This document shows positions 58,355-64,000 of a stretch of DNA of 64,000 bases, piece by piece. Origin of the DNA: Candidatus Poribacteria bacterium (GTDB taxonomy: Bacteria > Poribacteria > WGA-4E > WGA-3G); NCBI GenBank assembly GCA_965214095.1, contig OZ243938.1:937511-1001510 (forward strand), given 5' to 3'. Positions within the stretch are counted from its first letter, which is position 1. Each line of letters begins with the position of its first letter. The translations under genes were made by a program, and so were the position numbers. The notes below the pieces were generated by a model. It saw nothing but the letters and a program-made list of their open reading frames with translations. It was not told the DNA's origin and made no database searches.

Positions 58355-59392
58355 ATGCGTAAATTAAACACACTACGAACACTATTACTTATAGTGTCAA
58401 CAATAGTTGTCCTGTGTGCTTATGCACAGGCAGAACCGCGAAAAGTCATTGAAGTACCACGATGGTCAGCATATGACATCGCTATACACCCGGATGGTAA
58501 AGTGATTGCAAGTGCTTCAATAGCGGACGTTATCCACTTGATGGATATTGAATCTGGCGCAGAGATTAGAACGCTTATAGGTCATAATGAAGGCGTTGAA
58601 TCCGTTAGATATAGTCCCAAAGGCGATATCCTTGTCAGTGGCGATCAAGGTGGCTTTAACATTGTCTGGAATACCAAGACAAATGAACAAATTAAAAAGC
58701 TGGAAAGACATAGGTGGGTCATTAAGGATATCGTATTCTCACCGAATGGAAAAATCCTCGCCACAGGAGACTGGGGTTGGGATAATACACTCCGTCTTTG
58801 GAATACGGAAACATGGGAACTTCTGTATGGGAAGGTAGCTGGGAAAGTCGATGATATCTCCTTTAGTTTTGACGGATCGATCATTGCCGCCGGTGTTTTG
58901 GAGTCAGGGTTCGTGTATATCTGGGAAACGGAAACCGGAGAGTTGCTCCATACACTTGATACCAGTATGGAACATGTGCTTGCCGTGACTTTCATTGGCA
59001 CAGAACGGGAGCTGGTCTGTGGCGGTTCAGTCGGCTTACAGTTATGGGACGGTGAGACCGGTGAAAAGATCAGGGATTTCCCAAAAGATGGTATTAATAA
59101 AGAAGTTCGAGCTGTTGATATCAATCCAGATCGGCGGCTACTCGCTGTCGGTAGGGCAGATACGGATGTGCAACTCTGGGACATGAAATCTATGGAACTC
59201 ATTGAGACACTTGAGTTTCATTTTGGTAGGTCGCATACCGTTGACTTCTCATCAGATGGGTCAACGCTTGCGACTGCTGCAAATGAAACACGCATAGGTG
59301 TTTGGGATGTGGAACCTTTTAGCGAGCCCGTTTTGAGTGTCAATCCAAAAGATAAGGTTTCTGTTCTGTGGGGTGCCATCAAGAGTAGATAG
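58355..59392 (+). CDS. Exported 7-bladed WD40 protein (345 aa)
   Basis: Signal peptide. Tandem paralog of 59657..60691. Confidence 0.7.
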   Translation: MRKLNTLRTLLLIVSTIVVLCAYAQAEPRKVIEVPRWSAYDIAIHPDGKVIASASIADVIHLMDIESGAEIRTLIGHNEGVESVRYSPKGDILVSGDQGGFNIVWNTKTNEQIKKLERHRWVIKDIVFSPNGKILATGDWGWDNTLRLWNTETWELLYGKVAGKVDDISFSFDGSIIAAGVLESGFVYIWETETGELLHTLDTSMEHVLAVTFIGTERELVCGGSVGLQLWDGETGEKIRDFPKDGINKEVRAVDINPDRRLLAVGRADTDVQLWDMKSMELIETLEFHFGRSHTVDFSSDGSTLATAANETRIGVWDVEPFSEPVLSVNPKDKVSVLWGAIKSR

Positions 59393-59656
59393 AACTGTGT
59401 TTGTAGATGCGTTTTATCCTTGTTGGAGCGGTTTTCAACCACGATGGTTCAGAGATAACGGCACACGGCGTGTGCCTACTACTATGCACATCGCGCTTTC
59501 TAAGCGCGCTCCTTGTTGGAGTGGTTTCCAACCACGATTGTCAGAACCAGGATTTTCAAGAGAAGTCCTCGCTAAAATGACATTTATAATAAATCAGAAC
59601 AATAATAAAATAGACAGGGTCAATATATTATTAACCCGCTTGGATAGGAGGTATCC

Positions 59657-60691
59657 ATGCGTAAATTAAACACACTACTAACACTATTACTTATAGTGTT
59701 CACAATAGTCGTCCTGTGCACTTATGCACAGGCAGCACCACGAAAAGTCATTGTAGTGCCATTTTGGTCAGGATATGACATCAGTATTCACCCGGATGGT
59801 AAAGTGATTTCAAGTGCTTCATTACAGAAGATTATCCACTTGATAGATATTGAGACTGGCGAAGAGATTAAAGTGCTTGAAGGCCATACTGAAGGCGTTG
59901 CATCCATTGGATATGGTCCCAATGGCGATATCCTTGTCAGTGGTGATCAAGCCGGCTTTAACATTATTTGGAATACCGAGACAAATGAACAAGTTAATAA
60001 TCTTGCAAAACATACGTGGGTCATTAAAGATATTGTATTCTCACCGAATGGGAAAATCCTCGCTACAGGAGACTGGGGTTGGGATAATACACTCCGTCTC
60101 TGGAATACGGAAACCTGGGAACTTCTGTATGGGAAGGTAGCTGGGAAAGTCGATGATATCTCCTTTAGTTTTGATGGCTCGGCCATAGCCGCTGGTGTTT
60201 TGGATACGGGGTTAGTGAATATCTGGGAAACGGAAACCGGCGATTTGCTCCATACACTTGATACCGGTATGGAACATGTGCTTGCTGTGACTTTCATTGG
60301 CACAGAACGGAAGTTGGTCTGTGGCGGTTCGGTTGGCTTACAGTTATGGGACGGTGAGACCGGTGAAAAGATCAGCGATTTTCCAGAAGAAGGCATTACG
60401 GAAGTCCGGTCTGCTGATATCAATCCGGATCGGCGGCTACTCGCTGTCGGTAGGGCAGATGGAATGGTTCAACTCTGGGATATGAAATCTGTGACACTCA
60501 TTGAGACGCTTGAGTTACATTTTGGCAGGTCGCATACTGTTACTTTCTCGAGAGATGGGTTAACACTTGCGACTGCTGCAAATGAGGTACGCATAGGTGT
60601 TTGGGATGTGGAACCTTTTAGCGAGCCTGTTTTGAGTGTCAATCCAAAAGGTAAAGTTTCTGTCCTGTGGGGTGCCATCAAGAGTAGATAG
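59657..60691 (+). CDS. Exported 7-bladed WD40 protein (344 aa), about 85% identical to the preceding gene
   Basis: Co-linear paralog. The first approx 60 bp upstream are also duplicated, including the RBS. Confidence 0.7.
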   Translation: MRKLNTLLTLLLIVFTIVVLCTYAQAAPRKVIVVPFWSGYDISIHPDGKVISSASLQKIIHLIDIETGEEIKVLEGHTEGVASIGYGPNGDILVSGDQAGFNIIWNTETNEQVNNLAKHTWVIKDIVFSPNGKILATGDWGWDNTLRLWNTETWELLYGKVAGKVDDISFSFDGSAIAAGVLDTGLVNIWETETGDLLHTLDTGMEHVLAVTFIGTERKLVCGGSVGLQLWDGETGEKISDFPEEGITEVRSADINPDRRLLAVGRADGMVQLWDMKSVTLIETLELHFGRSHTVTFSRDGLTLATAANEVRIGVWDVEPFSEPVLSVNPKGKVSVLWGAIKSR

Positions 60692-60870
60692 CACAGCGTT
60701 TGCCTATTTCAGCATCTCGAATTTTCACGGATGACGCGGATATACATGGTAGTAGGCACACGCCGTGTGCCGTTCTTACATTCTCCGAGCCATCCGCGTA
60801 AATCCGAGATCAAGGTTATTTATTTTCTGTTTTTCTTGTATTTTCTTTCACATACGCTAAATCCCCTAAG

Positions 60871-60969
60871 CCGGTAGGTTCGGTTTCCTAACCGAACCGA
60901 ATTTTCGCTAAAACCTTTCATAGTCAGTTTCCTTTTAGAATCCGTGCGGTTGGGAAACCGCACCTACCG
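60871..60969. repeat. Inverted REP doublet (REPIN-like): CGGTAGGTTCGGTTTCCTAACCGAACC ... GTGCGGTTGGGAAACCGCACCTACCG
   Basis: Two REPs in opposite orientation about 45 nt apart. The outer GTAG/CTAC signatures face away from each other. Confidence 0.6.
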
Positions 60970-61233
60970 TCTTGGGATTAACTTTCAGTGAATCCCTATT
61001 TTGGAAAATACTTAAAACTAAATAACCCTGATTATTGCCACAGGGTTATTTATAGTAAAACTTACAATTAATGAAACATATTGTCCCAATTGCATATTCA
61101 TAGAATGTAAGAGGCGCAATGAATTGCGCGACTACGAAAGAGTTTTTCTAAATGTAAAATGCATCGTTAATTTCAGATTTTACTATAGTTTTCGGTTTTT
61201 CTGCTATATTTTTCACATTTCAATATAACAACC

Positions 61234-61311
61234 TGTAGGTCGGGTAGAGCGTTAGCGAAACCCGACAAGCATTTAACGTGTCGGGTTTCGCTAACGCTCT
61301 ACCCGACCTAC
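61234..61311. repeat. Perfect long palindrome TGTAGGTCGGGTAGAGCG...CGCTCTACCCGACCTAC, the core of the third copy of the 12340..12545 MITE
   Basis: Flanks about 85% identical to 12354..12545. A solo TIR pair of the same family is at 61003..61046. Confidence 0.55.
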
Positions 61312-61422
61312 GATATAAACTCTTAGTAACATTCATCAATTGAAAATACTTAAAACTAAATCTCCCTGATTATTGCTAAGTTACTCTTGACAATAATCAA
61401 ATTCTGTGGTAAAAATATGTGT

Positions 61423-62436
61423 ATGAAAAACACATCAATCAAAACAATATACAGTTTATTTATAATAGTTCTATTACTTGCATGCCAAGGTTGTGCAATG
61501 AATTTCAACGCGAGTGATTCTGCCCTTGGCATATTAGAAAAATCTGGTGAACTCACTGAAAATGAAGTATGGGAAGGCCGTGTTTATGTAACTGGGACGG
61601 TCATCGTACCAGAAGGTATAACATTAACCATACGTTCAGGTACTATCGTCGGTTTTGAACCAATAGATGAACGTCCAGCAATCATTGTGTTTGGTGAACT
61701 CTATGCAGAAGGTGTTCCCGACAGAATGATAGTGTTCGGTTCATTAGGCAAACAGCAAGAAATAAAGACACCTAAACCTGGATTGGAAAACAGAACGTCA
61801 GTTCAGCCTGTGCAACCTGCAAACAATGCTGCTCCACCGAAAGCAGGAGATTGGCAAGGAATTAGGATTGAAACACAGAGTTCCAACAGCAGATTCACCT
61901 ATTGTCGTATACAACATGCAGCCAACGGAATTGCATGTTTCACGGATTCAGTCCAAATTGAAAGGTGTCTCTTTAGCGAGAACAACATCGGTGTGCTGTG
62001 CGAAAATACTAATCCAACTATATCTGCAAATGAGTTCAACAGGAATGGAAGCGGTGCACAATTTCGAGGGGCAGCGGCTCCAGAAGTAGAATACAACGCA
62101 TTCACTGCAAACAGATTTGGAATTGTGTGTGAAGACGATTCACGTCCACGTATCCAACATAACAACATCCAATCAAACTATGAATACGCCATCATTTGCT
62201 ATTCTACTTCATCACCCGAAATCGTATCTAACAATATCACTTTAAACAATGGTTGGGCAGTTTACGATGGTGGGAGATTAAGAGATAATTATATCAATGG
62301 AAATAAGCAGGTGGGCCCGAATGTGACTGAGTTGAGTATTGCCACGCAGAGTGACCAGTTTTATGGCGTTGATGAAGTGTTTGATCCGAGAGATACACCC
62401 GTTTCAGAAGCTGGCGTACCAAGTGATAGGTATTAA
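61423..62436 (+). CDS. Lipoprotein with right-handed parallel beta-helix (PbH1) repeats
   Basis: Lipobox LLLAC followed by repeated N-x-I/F-x-x-N motifs (NNIQSNYEYAIICYSTSSPEIVSNNITLNNGWAV). Confidence 0.6.
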   Translation: MKNTSIKTIYSLFIIVLLLACQGCAMNFNASDSALGILEKSGELTENEVWEGRVYVTGTVIVPEGITLTIRSGTIVGFEPIDERPAIIVFGELYAEGVPDRMIVFGSLGKQQEIKTPKPGLENRTSVQPVQPANNAAPPKAGDWQGIRIETQSSNSRFTYCRIQHAANGIACFTDSVQIERCLFSENNIGVLCENTNPTISANEFNRNGSGAQFRGAAAPEVEYNAFTANRFGIVCEDDSRPRIQHNNIQSNYEYAIICYSTSSPEIVSNNITLNNGWAVYDGGRLRDNYINGNKQVGPNVTELSIATQSDQFYGVDEVFDPRDTPVSEAGVPSDRY

Positions 62437-62440
62437 TCAA

Positions 62441-63367
62441 ATGAGCCGAGTCAAAGCCTATCTTGAACTCATCCGTTATCCACTATTCGGCATTCCTATA
62501 GTTGCCACACTTCCCGGTGCGCTCATTGCAAGTGAAGGACAATGGACATGGCGTGTTGCTGCTGCGTTAGTGATTGCGTCATTCGGGTACTTCGCTGGAA
62601 TGATAAAGAACGATTATTTCCACCGTGAAACAGACGCAGTAACCAATCCAGACCGTCCGCTACCTTCACACCGCCTAACGCCAAAACAAGCACTCGTGCC
62701 TGCAAGTATTATTTATTCGTTATGTGTCATCTGTGGGTTTTTGCTTGAGGTAAAAGCAGGACTCTTAGTGATGGGATTAGTCGCAATTTCGCACCTCTAT
62801 AATGCCTTTTTCAAAGCAAAAGGTATCTTAGGAAGCATTACCTTACCTTTAGGTATTGGATTGCTGAACGTTTTCGGTGCGTTAGTTGTGAGTGGAAGTG
62901 TGCCGCGTTTAGTGTGGTATGCATTTGCTGCAACAACACTTTACGATATTGGCACACATATTGCGACCACGTTTAAGGATGTAACGCGCGATAAACAACA
63001 TGACATCATAACAACACCTATGCAGCTCGGCATACGTCCTGCGCTGTTTTTGTCAGCAGCAGCTACGATATTAGGATTTGTTGTTGCACTTCTACCGTAT
63101 TGGTTAGAGGATTCACTTTCATATAAGACCTATGTTGTATGGGTCATTTTAGGGTTGCTTGCTGCTGTCATAACACGAATTCCACTCTATATGCAACCGA
63201 CAGAGAAAAACGGGTACTTCGCATTGAAGGGTTCAATGATAGGTTCAATACTATTTTTTCCATGTTTAATCGGTGCACAGGTGTCGATTGTAATTTCTAT
63301 GGCTATAATTTTGCCCTTGCTATTTGCAACTGTGCTCCTGTTAAGAATAACTCGCCAAGAGGTATGA
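62441..63367 (+). CDS. UbiA-family prenyltransferase (integral membrane)
   Basis: NDYFHRETDAVTNPDRPLPS Asp-rich motif and 8-9 TM helices. Start reassigned to MSRVKAYLELIRYPLFGIP. Confidence 0.65.
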   Translation: MSRVKAYLELIRYPLFGIPIVATLPGALIASEGQWTWRVAAALVIASFGYFAGMIKNDYFHRETDAVTNPDRPLPSHRLTPKQALVPASIIYSLCVICGFLLEVKAGLLVMGLVAISHLYNAFFKAKGILGSITLPLGIGLLNVFGALVVSGSVPRLVWYAFAATTLYDIGTHIATTFKDVTRDKQHDIITTPMQLGIRPALFLSAAATILGFVVALLPYWLEDSLSYKTYVVWVILGLLAAVITRIPLYMQPTEKNGYFALKGSMIGSILFFPCLIGAQVSIVISMAIILPLLFATVLLLRITRQEV

Positions 63368-63394
63368 AATAGACTATGAAATAAAAGGAGATAT

Positions 63395-64000
63395 ATGAAA
63401 AGCATCGTTTTACTAATTACAGATACATTTCGCTATGACAATCTCGGTGACCGTGCGGAAAAGCCTATCCGCACACCGATGCTTGATAGTTTTGAAGCGG
63501 AACGCGCAACTGCTATTGATAAGTTCTATATGAGCAGTTTCCCAACTATTCCGCATCGGACGGACGTTGCGACTGGCACACTCGGATGGCCTCACTATGG
63601 GTGGCAGCCGATTGATCAAAGCGGACCAAACCATATTGCGAAACTCCTCGCTAGTCAAGGATATGCAACGCAGCTAATTTGCGACTGTCCACATCTATTC
63701 AATGCTCGTTTTCAGCAAGGATTTCAGGCTGCTTTCCAGCATCGCGGACAAGAAGGTGACAAACCATTGCTCCATCTCAATGATGAAATACAGACTATCA
63801 TGCCAGATGATAAAACGCGACCACAACCTGCTTTCCGCGGCAACACATTACCCAATACACACAGATGGACAAACCGATACTACCAATATGAAGCAGAGAC
63901 ATTTTCTGGAAGAACATCCCAATCTGCTATACGATTTTTAGAAGAAAACTATCGTTCCGGTCCGTTCTTTCTATGGGTAGATTTCTTTGATCCTCACGAA
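63395..64000 (+). CDS. Sulfatase/alkaline-phosphatase superfamily protein, 3'-truncated by the window end
   Basis: N-terminal LLITDTFRYD metal-site region, SSFPTIPHRTD, and FLWVDFFDPHE. RBS AAGGAG 7 nt upstream. Open frame to the window end. Confidence 0.55.
   Translation, partial: MKSIVLLITDTFRYDNLGDRAEKPIRTPMLDSFEAERATAIDKFYMSSFPTIPHRTDVATGTLGWPHYGWQPIDQSGPNHIAKLLASQGYATQLICDCPHLFNARFQQGFQAAFQHRGQEGDKPLLHLNDEIQTIMPDDKTRPQPAFRGNTLPNTHRWTNRYYQYEAETFSGRTSQSAIRFLEENYRSGPFFLWVDFFDPHE

Noticed and set aside
62339-62440. N-terminal 34-codon extension of the UbiA ORF overlapping the beta-helix lipoprotein gene
   Set aside because: The extension overlaps the upstream gene's 3' end. The hydrophobic UbiA N-terminus begins at the internal ATG at 62441.

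Overview
Bacterial chromosomal segment of moderate AT-richness, possibly from the FCB superphylum or a candidate phylum. That guess rests on the T9SS-type C-terminal sorting domains, the expansion of eukaryote-like repeat proteins, and a 23S-5S operon not linked to 16S. The first half (1-39.6 kb) is mostly core genes: a TPR protein with two thioredoxin domains, a MalK-like ABC ATPase, ROK glucokinase, two CHAD proteins, mgtE, aroC, rsmI, a 3-hydroxyacyl-CoA dehydrogenase, a Gfo/Idh/MocA oxidoreductase, cydA/cydB, rnhB, yraN, and the ffh-rpsP-KH-trmD-rplS operon. It also holds a minus-strand rRNA operon: consensus promoter, tRNA-Ala(UGC), 23S, 5S and a bidirectional terminator, with no 16S. Diverging from the rRNA promoter is a small operon under a perfect sigma70-consensus promoter. 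It encodes an 81-aa protein, a 192-aa protein ending in Gly-Gly, and a translationally coupled MoeB/ThiF E1-like enzyme. The second half (39.9-61 kb) is an accessory region. It carries eleven predicted exported beta-propeller proteins, including a TolB-like one. Three are about 1000 aa and combine WD40, cohesin-like, dockerin and T9SS C-terminal domains, and one of these also has an N-terminal metzincin domain. A solitary MmeI-family type IIL restriction-modification gene sits in the same region. The whole window is saturated with small mobile DNA. There are at least 25 REP-like hairpins carrying the GTAG signature with perfectly compensatory stem variants, REP doublets packaged inside several TIR-bounded MITE families, an IS4-family IS whose terminal inverted repeats match one MITE family, and several nested insertions including a filled site with its matching empty site.
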